Below are positions 24,548-36,418 of a stretch of 51,401 nt of DNA, piece after piece. The notes beneath the pieces were generated by a model that did no database searches, was not told where the DNA came from, and saw nothing but the letters and a program-made list of their open reading frames with translations. Made by a program: the position numbers and the translations under genes. The first letter of the stretch is position 1. The number at the start of each line of letters is the position of its first letter. The stretch spans positions 1-51,401 of the forward strand of contig JBBDNJ010000332.1 in assembly GCA_040877705.1 (NCBI GenBank), in the 5' to 3' direction. Source of the DNA: Candidatus Binatia bacterium (GTDB lineage Bacteria > Desulfobacterota > Binatia > UBA9968).

Positions 24548-24895
24548 ATGGAACAGTTCGAGGCAAGAATAGAACGGATCGAGTACTCTGAACCAGGAGT
24601 CTTCATTCTGACGATCGTCGTCTCTCCTTTACCTTTGGAAGCACCGGGCCAAGGTAAACCAGTCTACTACAGCATGGAGCTGGACCCAGCAGAACGATCG
24701 ATGAAACCCGTCGGCGATCTCCAGGAAGTATTTGATGTGTATCACCGGTTTGAGTACGACAATAACCTCAACCCTACGCTCAGGAGGCAGTGGAGAACCG
24801 CAGCTCTTGCTGATCAGATAGTTAGCTGCCTCTTTGAATCTCGTGCCTTTAGTTGGTGGCACTTGGATGGCGACGAATCGCAAACCCTGCACTGA
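24548..24895 (+). CDS. hypothetical protein
   Basis: ATG at 24548 is preceded by GGAGGAG. 115 aa, MEQFEARIERIEYSEPGVFILTIVV...; no recognisable family. Confidence 0.5.
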   Translation: MEQFEARIERIEYSEPGVFILTIVVSPLPLEAPGQGKPVYYSMELDPAERSMKPVGDLQEVFDVYHRFEYDNNLNPTLRRQWRTAALADQIVSCLFESRAFSWWHLDGDESQTLH

Positions 24896-24950
24896 GAAGA
24901 GGCCCCTGCCGTTGATTTAGAAGTCATATCGTGAGGAACTTGTGCCTTGG

Positions 24951-25826
24951 TCACAAAATCAACCAGAACACGAAGGGAATAGTCAGCACTGAGATAAAAG
25001 TACTCAAGACCACAATTGAGGCGGCGAGTTCTGGATCTTGGCGATATTTCTCCGTGAGGACGAAATTAATCACCGCGGCGGGGAGCGCGCCGTAGAGAAG
25101 CAAGACCTGGCGATTGACGCCTTCGGCGCCGATCAGATTCACCACAATCGATGCGACCAAAAATCCGCCAAAAATTCGCACCAGGGCGCCGCCGACGGCA
25201 TGGCGCCATTGGAACGACTGAAAATCATGGAGCCGGTAGCCGAGGCTGACGAGCATGATTGGAATGGTCGACTGGCCGAGCATGGAAATGGGCTGGAAGA
25301 GCAACTCCGGAATGCTAATCCGATTTAAACTGAACGTCAGACCGGCAAGGGTTGCATAGATCAACGGCAGGCGAAAACTTTCGGCCCAGTTTCCTCGCCC
25401 GTTCAACAGGTAAAGGCCAAGCGAATACTGGAGAAAGGTAATCATCACAAACATCAAGGTTGCGCGTTGTAAGCCGGCTTCGCCGAAAGCAAACAGCGCC
25501 AATGGGATTCCCATGTTTCCGGCGTTCATGAATAACGCAGGGAGCGCAAACCCGCGCGAACTGAAGCGAAACGCGGAGAAGTAGATTCGGACCAGCAAAC
25601 CAACCCCGGCGAAGATCAACAGCACGCCGCTTAACAAGACCGCGATATCCGCGGCGGACAGGGGCTTTCTCGCGAGGGAAGTAAACACCAGCGACGGAGT
25701 TCCCAAGTAGACGATCAGTTCCGTCACTGGCACGAGACTGATCTTTTTCCAACGGGCAAAGACAAATCCGGTGGCAATGAGTAAAAAAACCGGAACGACG
25801 GGAGAAAGTGGTTCGAATAGTTCCAT
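24951..25826 (-). CDS. AEC-family (auxin efflux carrier-like) membrane transporter
   Basis: 291 aa, polytopic. The C-terminal ...LLLYGALPAAVINFVLTEKYRQDPELAASIVVLSTFISVLTIPFVFWLIL is typical of the membrane transport protein (Mem_trans) family. Confidence 0.85.
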   Translation of the reverse strand: MELFEPLSPVVPVFLLIATGFVFARWKKISLVPVTELIVYLGTPSLVFTSLARKPLSAADIAVLLSGVLLIFAGVGLLVRIYFSAFRFSSRGFALPALFMNAGNMGIPLALFAFGEAGLQRATLMFVMITFLQYSLGLYLLNGRGNWAESFRLPLIYATLAGLTFSLNRISIPELLFQPISMLGQSTIPIMLVSLGYRLHDFQSFQWRHAVGGALVRIFGGFLVASIVVNLIGAEGVNRQVLLLYGALPAAVINFVLTEKYRQDPELAASIVVLSTFISVLTIPFVFWLIL

Positions 25827-25851
25827 CGTGCGGTAATAGATGAAGTCAATT

Positions 25852-26562
25852 TCAGAGTGAAGCGAGTAGAGTGAAACTTAAGGCTTCGCTGAGTTCGATC
25901 ATCGCACCGAAGTTGTCGCGGGTCAGCACGCCGTTTCGTTTTTGCAACAGAATGCGCCAAACCAAAGCAAAGACGGAAAGACAAAGGCCGATCCATAGGC
26001 CAGTGCGGCCTAGCAGATAGGTGGTAAGAGCAAGTGTCCCAAAGGTGGTCAACAAGAGATGCCAGAAACTGACGTTTTGAGCAATGAGCCTCGCCTCTCC
26101 CTCAGCGTGCCGCTGTGAGCCATAAATGAAAACAATCAGCGCCCAACGCGCCAAAACGGGTGTCAGCAACAATCCCGGCGTGAGTTTCACTTCAAGAATA
26201 TCTATCGATTTTATCTTAAAGAGCAGCACTAAGAGAATCGCAATGATGCCCATGGCGCCGCTCGATTGCCCGGTTGTCGTTGGTATTCGGCCCGCCGGGA
26301 CGGCATCGAAAGTTTTTTGCAATGCTTCGAGGTGAAGCCCGCCGGTTACGAAGACCAAGAGTGCAGTCAGAACAATGCTTAGAATTTCCGTGTCCAAATA
26401 GTTTCCCAATGCCCGAGGTAGCAGCGCCAACATTAGGCCGAGGAATAATCCCACTAAAGGAAAATAGGGAACGGACGTTCCCACCAAACCCGAATCGGGT
26501 TGAGAACGCGTGTATCGGTTCCAAATGGTTAAAAATTTGAAAGCGGCGGCGATGCTTTTCAT
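25852..26562 (-). CDS. divergent CobS-family paralogue (adenosylcobinamide-GDP ribazoletransferase-like)
   Basis: MKSIAAAFKFLTIW..., GGLHLEALQKTFDAV and NGVLTRDNFGAMIELSE are collinear with cobS at 3710-4441 (LHLDGLGDTFDGL; LDGVTGDTFGAVGELSE), but several acidic/Gly positions are substituted. Confidence 0.7.
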   Translation of the reverse strand: MKSIAAAFKFLTIWNRYTRSQPDSGLVGTSVPYFPLVGLFLGLMLALLPRALGNYLDTEILSIVLTALLVFVTGGLHLEALQKTFDAVPAGRIPTTTGQSSGAMGIIAILLVLLFKIKSIDILEVKLTPGLLLTPVLARWALIVFIYGSQRHAEGEARLIAQNVSFWHLLLTTFGTLALTTYLLGRTGLWIGLCLSVFALVWRILLQKRNGVLTRDNFGAMIELSEALSFTLLASL

Positions 26563-26793
26563 GGCTTCTCTTTTCTCGCTTAGACACCTTAATCTGTCAA
26601 TCGGATAGCGGCTTTTGTCGGTCACTCGGTTGGATCTCCGCGGGTTCCGAGGAAAAATAAAATATTTTCTTAAAAATCAGTCATTTATCGACGCTTTGAT
26701 GCTTTACTTTTAAGCGGATTTTTGCTACTCTCCTGGCAGTTGTAATCCGTTCTAACCTCATAACTTTTCAAGCAATATTCCGCTCGACGTTAG

Positions 26794-29229
<2,436 letters not shown>

Positions 29230-29316
29230 GTAGTCAATGCGTTCAAACGTTCAATCAGTTCAAAATCGGCTCGAACGGATCGCAACGAGTTCAGCAGTGA
29301 ATCTCTCGGTTAAGTT

Positions 29317-31767
29317 ATGGAAGCAACATTAAAGTCGCAGAAAGTACCTGTCTATATCGAAGACGAGATGCGTCAGTCCTATATGGACTACGCCATGAGT
29401 GTCATCGTCGGTCGCGCCCTGCCCGATGTGCGTGACGGACTCAAGCCGGTGCATCGGCGAGTGTTGTACGCCATGTATGACATGGGCAATACCTGGGATA
29501 ACCCCTACAAGAAGTCCGCCCGTCTGGTCGGAGATATCATCGGTAAGTATCATCCTCATGGCGACACCGCCGTTTATGATACCATCGTGCGCATGGCTCA
29601 GAATTTCGTCATGCGCTATCCGTTTATCGACGGGCAAGGCAACTTCGGATCCGTCGACGGCGACTCTCCGGCCGCCATGCGCTACACCGAAATCCGCATG
29701 GCTCGTCTGGCCGAAGAGATTCTTGCCGACCTTGAGAAAGAGACCGTCGATTTTGTCCCCAATTATGATGATTCTTTAAAGGAACCGGCGGTTCTGCCGT
29801 CGCGCATTCCCAATCTCCTCGTCAACGGCTCCTCGGGAATCGCCGTCGGAATGGCGACCAACATTCCGCCGCACAATCTGGGAGAGGTCATGGATGGACT
29901 GGTCGCCATGGTGGCCAACCCGGATATCACGGTCAAAGAGCTGATGAAGCATATCCCCGGGCCGGATTTTCCCACCGCCGGGTTTATTCATGGCAAGGAA
30001 CCCATCGTCCAGGCCTACAACGAAGGTAAAGGCATCATTCAGGTGCGTGGTAAGGCTTTTACGGAGACGGTCAAACGCACGGGAAAAGAACAGATCGTCA
30101 TCAATGAAATACCTTTCCTGGTGAACAAAGTGCGGCTCATCGAACAGATTGCCGCCTTGGTCCAGGAGAAAAAAGTCGAAGGCATCTCCGATTTGCGCGA
30201 CGAATCGGACCGCGACGGCATGCGCATCGTTATCGAGCTCAAGCGCGACGCGGTGGCCGAGATCATTATCAACCAGCTCTATAAACACACTTCTCTGCAA
30301 GAATCTTTCGGCATCAACATGCTGGCCATTGTCGAGGGCCGGCCAAGGCTGCTCAATCTAAGAGACGCGCTCAGGGCGTTTTTGGATCACCGCAAAGAGG
30401 TCGTTACCCGGCGCACCGCCTACGATCTTCGCAAGGCCGAAGAACGCCTGCATATTTTGGCAGGTTTACGGATCGCTCTGGACAACCTTGATGCGGTTAT
30501 TACCCTGATTCGCAATGCCAAGGATCCGAAGGCCGCCAAAGACGGCTTGACGGCGACCTTCGGACTCTCGGAAATTCAGGCGCAGGCGATTTTGGACATG
30601 CGCTTGCAGAGACTGACCGGCCTTGAGCGCGACAAGATCCTGCAAGAGCACAAGGAGACGGTGGAGCTCATCGCCCGATTGCGCGCTATTTTGGCAGATG
30701 AAAAGGAAATCTATAAGATAATCGTCACAGAACTCAATGAGATCAAGGAGAAGTTCGGCGACCAACGGCGGACGCAAATCGTTGCCCGCTCCGAGGAGAT
30801 CTCCATTGAGGACATGATCGTCGATGAGGACATGGCCGTGACGATTTCGCACGAGGGTTACATCAAACGTAACCCGGTCACTCTGTACCGGGCGCAGCGG
30901 CGCGGCGGCAAGGGGAAGATCGGCACGACGACGAGAGAAGAAGATTTTGTCGAGTATCTCTTCATTGCGTCGATGCACTCCTACATCCTGTTTTTTACGA
31001 CCATCGGTAAGGTCTATTGGATTAAGGTTCACGAACTTCCGCAGGCCAGCCGGGCGGCGAAAGGGAAGCCCATTGTCAATCTGCTCAACTTGGAGCCCGG
31101 CGAGCGAGTTTCGGCGTTTCTTTCCGTTCGCGAATTCGTCGACGGACGGTTTGTTATTTTCGCTACCAGGAAAGGACTGATCAAAAAAACCGACTTGATG
31201 TTGTATTCCAATCCGCGTCCCTCGGGGATACGGGCCATCGGCCTCGAAGATGGCGATGAGGTGATTGGTGTGCGGCTTACCGATGGCCAACAGGAGCTGA
31301 TTCTGTCGACCCTGGAGGGCCAGTCCATTCGTTTCAAGGAAGAGCAGGTCAGGCCCACCGGACGGGGAACCTATGGCGTGGTGGCGATGCGGCTCGATAA
31401 AGCGGATGCCGTGGTCAGTATGGAAATGCTCAACCGTGGCGCCAGTATCTTGACCGTCTCGGAAAACGGTTACGGCAAGCGCACCGAAATGGAAGAGTAT
31501 CGTCTCCAATTTCGCGGCGGCAAGGGCATTATTACGATGAAGGCCACGGACAAAACAGGTCGCGTCGTGGGCGGCCAGCAAGTGACCGACGACGATCAGC
31601 TGATGCTGGTCACCACTAACGGCAAAATTATTCGTCTGCGCATGAAAGATATTCGCGTTATTGGCCGAAACACGCAAGGGGTACGTCTGATCGATCTTGA
31701 AGATGGCGAACGGGTAGTCTCGCTGGCCCGGCTGGCCGAAAAGGAAGACGAGGACGAGACGGAATAG
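29317..31767 (+). CDS. gyrA: DNA gyrase subunit A
   Basis: [47 protein letters not shown] (catalytic Tyr region), C-terminal beta-pinwheel repeats and acidic tail. Confidence 0.95.
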   Translation: MEATLKSQKVPVYIEDEMRQSYMDYAMSVIVGRALPDVRDGLKPVHRRVLYAMYDMGNTWDNPYKKSARLVGDIIGKYHPHGDTAVYDTIVRMAQNFVMRYPFIDGQGNFGSVDGDSPAAMRYTEIRMARLAEEILADLEKETVDFVPNYDDSLKEPAVLPSRIPNLLVNGSSGIAVGMATNIPPHNLGEVMDGLVAMVANPDITVKELMKHIPGPDFPTAGFIHGKEPIVQAYNEGKGIIQVRGKAFTETVKRTGKEQIVINEIPFLVNKVRLIEQIAALVQEKKVEGISDLRDESDRDGMRIVIELKRDAVAEIIINQLYKHTSLQESFGINMLAIVEGRPRLLNLRDALRAFLDHRKEVVTRRTAYDLRKAEERLHILAGLRIALDNLDAVITLIRNAKDPKAAKDGLTATFGLSEIQAQAILDMRLQRLTGLERDKILQEHKETVELIARLRAILADEKEIYKIIVTELNEIKEKFGDQRRTQIVARSEEISIEDMIVDEDMAVTISHEGYIKRNPVTLYRAQRRGGKGKIGTTTREEDFVEYLFIASMHSYILFFTTIGKVYWIKVHELPQASRAAKGKPIVNLLNLEPGERVSAFLSVREFVDGRFVIFATRKGLIKKTDLMLYSNPRPSGIRAIGLEDGDEVIGVRLTDGQQELILSTLEGQSIRFKEEQVRPTGRGTYGVVAMRLDKADAVVSMEMLNRGASILTVSENGYGKRTEMEEYRLQFRGGKGIITMKATDKTGRVVGGQQVTDDDQLMLVTTNGKIIRLRMKDIRVIGRNTQGVRLIDLEDGERVVSLARLAEKEDEDETE

Positions 31768-31845
31768 GACTCCACGGATCATGGCGAAACTTCCATCTCG
31801 CTTCTCACCGCTTGGCCGTCTGCCTGTAATTCCCATTAGTGACCG

Positions 31846-32856
31846 ATGATGGCAGAACCAATCGGAATTATTGGAGCCGGTGGTTGGGGGACCGCGCTCG
31901 CCAGCGTGCTCGGGCAAAAGGGTTTAGCGGTAACTCTTTGGTGCCACGGCGCCCAGAGTTATGAGGAATTGCAACAAACCAGAGAAAACCGCAGCTACTT
32001 GCCCGGCATCGTTCTACCCGACACGGTCGAAGTGACCCGCTCGCTGGAGAAGACGGTAGCGGAAAAGCCACTTGTCTTGTGTGTTGTGCCGTCGCACACG
32101 GTGCGGCAAGTCATGACTCGCGCGGCACCTGGAGTAGCCCCATCGACTGTCGTCGTTTGCGGCACCAAGGGCTTGGAAGAAGAGACTTTGAAAACCATGG
32201 GAGAGGTGTTGGTGGAGATTTTCGGCGCCCAGAACCGCGAAAGGCAGGCTTTCCTGTCCGGGCCAACGTTTGCTCTGGAGGTAGCCCAGGGATTTCCCGC
32301 TGCGGTGACTGTGGCTGCATACTCCGAAAGCATTGCGCGAGACATTCAAGCAGTGTTGAGCACGCAAAGCCTTAGAGCTTACACCTCGAAAGATGTCATC
32401 GGGGTGCAGATGGGTGGCGTCATCAAAAACGTCATCGCCATAGCCGCCGGTATCAGCGATGGGCTCGGTTTGGGACAAAACGCTCGCGCGGCATTGATTA
32501 CGCGCGGGCTAGCGGAACTGACTCGATTAGCGGTCCAAATGGGAGCCGATCCGTTAACGCTCGCCGGCTTGCCAGGAGTTGGCGATTTGATCCTGACTTG
32601 CACGGGAGGTTTGAGTCGCAACCGGCAGGTCGGAATGCAGATCGCCGGCGGCAAGAGCGTCGCAGAGATCATCCAAGGTTCGCGGATGGTCGCGGAAGGC
32701 ATTCGCAATGCCCGTTCAGTCTATTTGTTGGCTCAACGGCTTGGCATCGAGATGCCCATTGTCGAACAGATGTATCGGATCATTCACGAAGGCCGAAGGC
32801 CTTCCGAAGGGGTACGGGATCTGATGCAGCGCTCGCTCAAAGCCGAGCGTACTTAA
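31846..32856 (+). CDS. gpsA: NAD(P)H-dependent glycerol-3-phosphate dehydrogenase
   Basis: IGIIGAGGWGTALA..., GPTFALEVA, NVIAIAAGISDGLGLG..NARAALITRGLAE. Confidence 0.9.
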   Translation: MMAEPIGIIGAGGWGTALASVLGQKGLAVTLWCHGAQSYEELQQTRENRSYLPGIVLPDTVEVTRSLEKTVAEKPLVLCVVPSHTVRQVMTRAAPGVAPSTVVVCGTKGLEEETLKTMGEVLVEIFGAQNRERQAFLSGPTFALEVAQGFPAAVTVAAYSESIARDIQAVLSTQSLRAYTSKDVIGVQMGGVIKNVIAIAAGISDGLGLGQNARAALITRGLAELTRLAVQMGADPLTLAGLPGVGDLILTCTGGLSRNRQVGMQIAGGKSVAEIIQGSRMVAEGIRNARSVYLLAQRLGIEMPIVEQMYRIIHEGRRPSEGVRDLMQRSLKAERT

Positions 32857-33072
32857 ATTGACAATACCGGGACTCTATGATTCAAATAGTCAGACTGCGA
32901 AAAAAGCCCACTCTGGTTCGTAGCGCCCGATGGTGTGTTGCTAATGTCTCGCGCATGTATGTATCCGCCCGTCGATCTTTCGCGCGCCTCGCATCCGGGA
33001 TCTCTTTGACGCATCAAAGCCAGAGGGTCATCTTAATTTGGCCGGATGTATGGCCAATGGAGCAAAATCACC

Positions 33073-33234
33073 ATGAAAAGAACCTATCAACCCAGCAACG
33101 TGAGACGAAAACGGACGCACGGATTTCTCACCCGAATGGAAACCCCAGGGGGGCGCAACGTGATCCGACGCCGGCGGGCTAAAGGACGGAAGAAACTTAC
33201 GGTTATCGTGCCGCCGAAACGGGCCAGAACCTAG
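33073..33234 (+). CDS. rpmH: 50S ribosomal protein L34
   Basis: [44 protein letters not shown]... ATG at 33073 taken instead of the tracked upstream start. Confidence 0.85.
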   Translation: MKRTYQPSNVRRKRTHGFLTRMETPGGRNVIRRRRAKGRKKLTVIVPPKRART

Positions 33235-33239
33235 GAAGG

Positions 33240-33602
33240 ATGGCGACAGCGGTCGGAGCCGGCTTTCCAAAGAAGGCTCGTCTAAGAAAACGACCGGAGT
33301 TTGTCAATCTCTCGCGCTCGGGCAAAAAGCTACACACAACCCATTTTGTGGTCATCACGAAAGAGACCGATCAACGTGAGGCCCGTTTGGGAATTACCGT
33401 TAGTTCGAAGGTCGGCAACGCGGTGGTGCGTAACCAGGTTAAGCGGTTTCTCCGCGAATGCTTTCGCCAGTTGAGGCATGAGATTGTCCCGGCACAGGAC
33501 GTACTCATCATTGCCAGAAAGGGAGCGGCTAGCCTATCGCTTCCAAAGCTGGCGAGCGAGATCCGAGAATGCCTGACCCACAGCCGGGGTCGCAAAAAAT
33601 AA
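33240..33602 (+). CDS. rnpA: ribonuclease P protein component
   Basis: Immediately after rpmH. LRKRPEFVNLSRSGKK...RLGITVSSKVGNAVVRNQVKRFLRE is typical of RnpA. Confidence 0.85.
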   Translation: MATAVGAGFPKKARLRKRPEFVNLSRSGKKLHTTHFVVITKETDQREARLGITVSSKVGNAVVRNQVKRFLRECFRQLRHEIVPAQDVLIIARKGAASLSLPKLASEIRECLTHSRGRKK

Positions 33603-33823
33603 TGGAAAGGTTTCTTCGACAGATCGTCACCGGCGTCCTGGGCGCTTACCATCAATTTCTTTCCCCGCTCTTGCCAAGGGCATGTCGTTTTTTCCCGAGT
33701 TGCTCTATTTATACTTCGAAAGCGATTCACAAATACGGACTGTGTAAGGGAGCATTGTTGGGGTTAAAGCGGCTCGGTCGCTGTCATCCATGGCACCCCG
33801 GCGGCTACGACCCTGTTATTTAG
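33602..33823 (+). CDS. yidD: membrane protein insertion efficiency factor YidD
   Basis: YHQFLSPLLPRACRFFPSCSIY...HPWHPGGYDPV. ATG overlaps the rnpA stop (TAATG). Confidence 0.85.
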   Translation: MERFLRQIVTGVLGAYHQFLSPLLPRACRFFPSCSIYTSKAIHKYGLCKGALLGLKRLGRCHPWHPGGYDPVI

Positions 33824-33846
33824 AAAATTAGATTGTTAGTTACATA

Positions 33847-35481
33847 ATGGAAAAACGCGCATTTTTAGCCATAGCTCTCTCTTTATTGGTGTTGGTGCTT
33901 TACCAGGAGTGGATCACACGACAATACGGGACGACTCCGCCTCCACCGCAGCAAGTGGAGAAAACAGAACCAGGCAAACCTCAAACTGCTGAATCGGTAC
34001 CGCCATCGGTATCGTCTCCGTCGGCTGCGGCGGAGATCAAGCCTGTGCAAACACCGGCTGGACAACCGGCCAAAGATATTCGCATCGAGACTGACAACTA
34101 TGTCGCGGTGTTGACTAGCCAGGGCGCGCGTCTCAAAAGCTTTAAGTTTAAACACTATCGCGCCACCGGAGATCCCAAGAGTCCGCCGTTTGAGATGATT
34201 CCGACTGTGCCGGGAGTACCGTATCCCCTGGGAGTGAAGTGGAATAACGCCGCCTCGGTGGATGATTCGGACATCGTTTACCGTGTCGACGCGGAGGATC
34301 TTAAGCTCAGCGGCGACACCCAGGGAACTTTGATCTTCCAAGGAATCGCTCAGGGTGGGGCGACCATCACAAAAAAGTTGACCTTCTCCGGCGCGCGTTA
34401 TCCCATCGATCTGCAGGTTACTGCGAAGGCGGCAGATGGCAGCGCCTTAGCCCCTGCGCTTATGCTCACCGCTCCGAGCAATCATCAGAATCCCAGCCCC
34501 GATGCGCCATTCGAAGGGCTCATCGCCGTGGTCGACAATAAGATTAAGCGAGAACACGTCAGCGACGAGCTCAAGCAAGGTAAAGAATTTACCGGTGATC
34601 TTTCCTGGGCCGGATTCGGCTATACCTATTTTTTCATGGGGCTCGTTCCGGCCGATGGCGCGGGTTATAAATTGACTCTACAAGAGTTCGGTCCAGCGCT
34701 GATCTTGACCGTCGCTGAACCATCGGGCAAGTCCGAGACCCGTGGGCGCTATACCCTCTTCGCCGGTCCGAAAGAATTGAGTGTTCTGGAATCTGTCGGT
34801 AAAGGGATGGAGCGCGCCATCGACTTTGGCTACTTTGGATTCATCTCGATACCCTTCCTATACGTCCTTCATTTTTTTCATCGCTTTACGGGCAGCTATG
34901 GCATCGACATTATTCTCCTGACAGTGGTCCTCAAGCTTCTGACGGCGCCGCTCACGCACAAGAGTTATGTGTCAATGAAGCAGATGCAAAAGCTTCAGCC
35001 GCAGATGGAAAAGCTCAAAGAGAAGTATAAGGATGATCGGGAAAAACTGAACAAAGAGATCATGGAGATGTACCGACGCAACGGCGTCAACCCCCTTGGC
35101 GGGTGTCTTCCCATGGTGGTGCAGTTCCCTGTTTTTATCGGTCTGTACAACGCGCTCTACATCCCCATCGAGTTGCGCCATGCGTCGTTTCTCTGGATCC
35201 AAGATCTTTCTCGGCCCGATTGGGAGTCGCTGCCGTTTACTTTGGCCGGTTGGCATCTGGGCGTTCCCGTGCTTACGATACTTATGGGCGCTAGCATGTT
35301 CCTTCAGCAGTGGATGACCCCTACCGCTGGCGATCCCAATCAGCGAAAATTGATGCTGATGATGCCGCTCATATTTACTTTTATGTTTGTCACGTTTCCG
35401 GCTGGCCTCACCATCTATTGGCTGGTTAACAATGTTCTTTCGATCGCGCAACAGTATTGGATTAACCGCAGAGTGAAGTAG
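33847..35481 (+). CDS. yidC: membrane protein insertase YidC
   Basis: 544 aa. N-terminal TM helix, large periplasmic domain, conserved C-terminal core (ILLTVVLKLLTAPLTHKSY.SM.KMQKLQP...GCLPMVVQFPVFIGLY). Confidence 0.9.
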   Translation: MEKRAFLAIALSLLVLVLYQEWITRQYGTTPPPPQQVEKTEPGKPQTAESVPPSVSSPSAAAEIKPVQTPAGQPAKDIRIETDNYVAVLTSQGARLKSFKFKHYRATGDPKSPPFEMIPTVPGVPYPLGVKWNNAASVDDSDIVYRVDAEDLKLSGDTQGTLIFQGIAQGGATITKKLTFSGARYPIDLQVTAKAADGSALAPALMLTAPSNHQNPSPDAPFEGLIAVVDNKIKREHVSDELKQGKEFTGDLSWAGFGYTYFFMGLVPADGAGYKLTLQEFGPALILTVAEPSGKSETRGRYTLFAGPKELSVLESVGKGMERAIDFGYFGFISIPFLYVLHFFHRFTGSYGIDIILLTVVLKLLTAPLTHKSYVSMKQMQKLQPQMEKLKEKYKDDREKLNKEIMEMYRRNGVNPLGGCLPMVVQFPVFIGLYNALYIPIELRHASFLWIQDLSRPDWESLPFTLAGWHLGVPVLTILMGASMFLQQWMTPTAGDPNQRKLMLMMPLIFTFMFVTFPAGLTIYWLVNNVLSIAQQYWINRRVK

Positions 35482-35507
35482 GTCTATGTTGTGAGCGAGG
35501 TGTGTGT

Positions 35508-36338
35508 ATGGATTACGTGGAAACCGAAGGCGATACTATTGACCAAGCTATCGAAACCGCGCTGGTACGTCTCGGAGTCGTGCGCGACAAGATTACCGTC
35601 GATATACTTTCGGAGGGAAAACGAGGAATTCTCGGTTTCGGCGCGCAGAAAGCGCGCATCCGCGCTGCGCTCAGAAAACCTGTTATTGAATTAACGACTC
35701 CTGAACCGGCGCCCGAAATGACCGTGGTCATCGCTGCTGCTCCGAAACCTATAACCGATGCGGAAACAACTGCGGCGGGAGAGAAGGCCAAGGGCGTGCT
35801 CGATGAAATTTTGAAATTGATGGGTGTTAAAGCGTCTGTGCAAGCAAAAGCGGGGAACAAAACTGACGAGGTCGTACTCGAAGTCAGCTCCGATAACGGC
35901 GGCCTGCTGATTGGCCGTAAGGGCCAGACTTTGGAGGCGTTACAGTACCTGGTGACCCGGATCGTCGGCGAGCGCCAGGGAAGCGAAGGGCCGCACATCG
36001 TCGTTGACATCGAAAACTACCGGGATCGACGGCAAAAATCACTCGAGGACATGGCCTTGCGTTTGGGGGAAAAGGCCAAGCGGCAGAGAAAAACGGTGAC
36101 GGTGGATGCGCTGAGCGCCGCCGATCGCCGCATTGTTCACGCTGCGCTTCAGGACGATCCGTGGATCACAACCAGGAGTCTCGGGCAAGGATCTTATCGG
36201 CGACTTCTGATCATTCCGGAAGGCGATAGGAAGGGGAAAGAGGAAGCCAAAGCCGCTTTACTGGACCAACAGGAATCAAAGTCTCAAGACAAGGGTGCCA
36301 GGCCCAGCCCTGCGCGAGCGTCTCGGAACGACGGCTGA
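35508..36338 (+). CDS. jag: Jag/SpoIIIJ-associated RNA-binding protein (Jag_N, KH, R3H)
   Basis: Follows yidC. N-terminal EGDTIDQAIETAL, KH-like GLLIGRKGQTLEALQYL, R3H-like ADRRIVHAAL. Confidence 0.8.
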   Translation: MDYVETEGDTIDQAIETALVRLGVVRDKITVDILSEGKRGILGFGAQKARIRAALRKPVIELTTPEPAPEMTVVIAAAPKPITDAETTAAGEKAKGVLDEILKLMGVKASVQAKAGNKTDEVVLEVSSDNGGLLIGRKGQTLEALQYLVTRIVGERQGSEGPHIVVDIENYRDRRQKSLEDMALRLGEKAKRQRKTVTVDALSAADRRIVHAALQDDPWITTRSLGQGSYRRLLIIPEGDRKGKEEAKAALLDQQESKSQDKGARPSPARASRNDG

Positions 36339-36418
36339 AATCAACTTTGAGCCTCACCTTTACTCCGGCTCCGTGACCTTTGGTTGACCGTTTCAGATCA
36401 GTTTCTTATGCTGTAACC

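Noticed and set aside
26626-26793. Possible oriC / DnaA-box cluster upstream of gyrB.
   Set aside because: There is only one weak 7/9 match (TTATCGACG), no repeated boxes and no AT-rich 13-mer array. Evidence is insufficient without GC-skew analysis.
29241-29263. Three GTTCAA hexamers spaced 8-9 nt apart in the gyrB-gyrA spacer.
   Set aside because: They are short and of low information content, easily arise by chance, and match no known regulator site. Noted only as a curiosity.
30466-31917. 483-aa minus-strand ORF covering much of gyrA, and similar long antisense ORFs (for example 42623-43294, 42066-42635, 29776-30300, 48118-48858, 50954-51397).
   Set aside because: They lie antisense to genes with unambiguous family signatures in a GC-rich genome and have Arg/Gly/Pro-rich low-complexity translations with no motifs. 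They are typical shadow ORFs.
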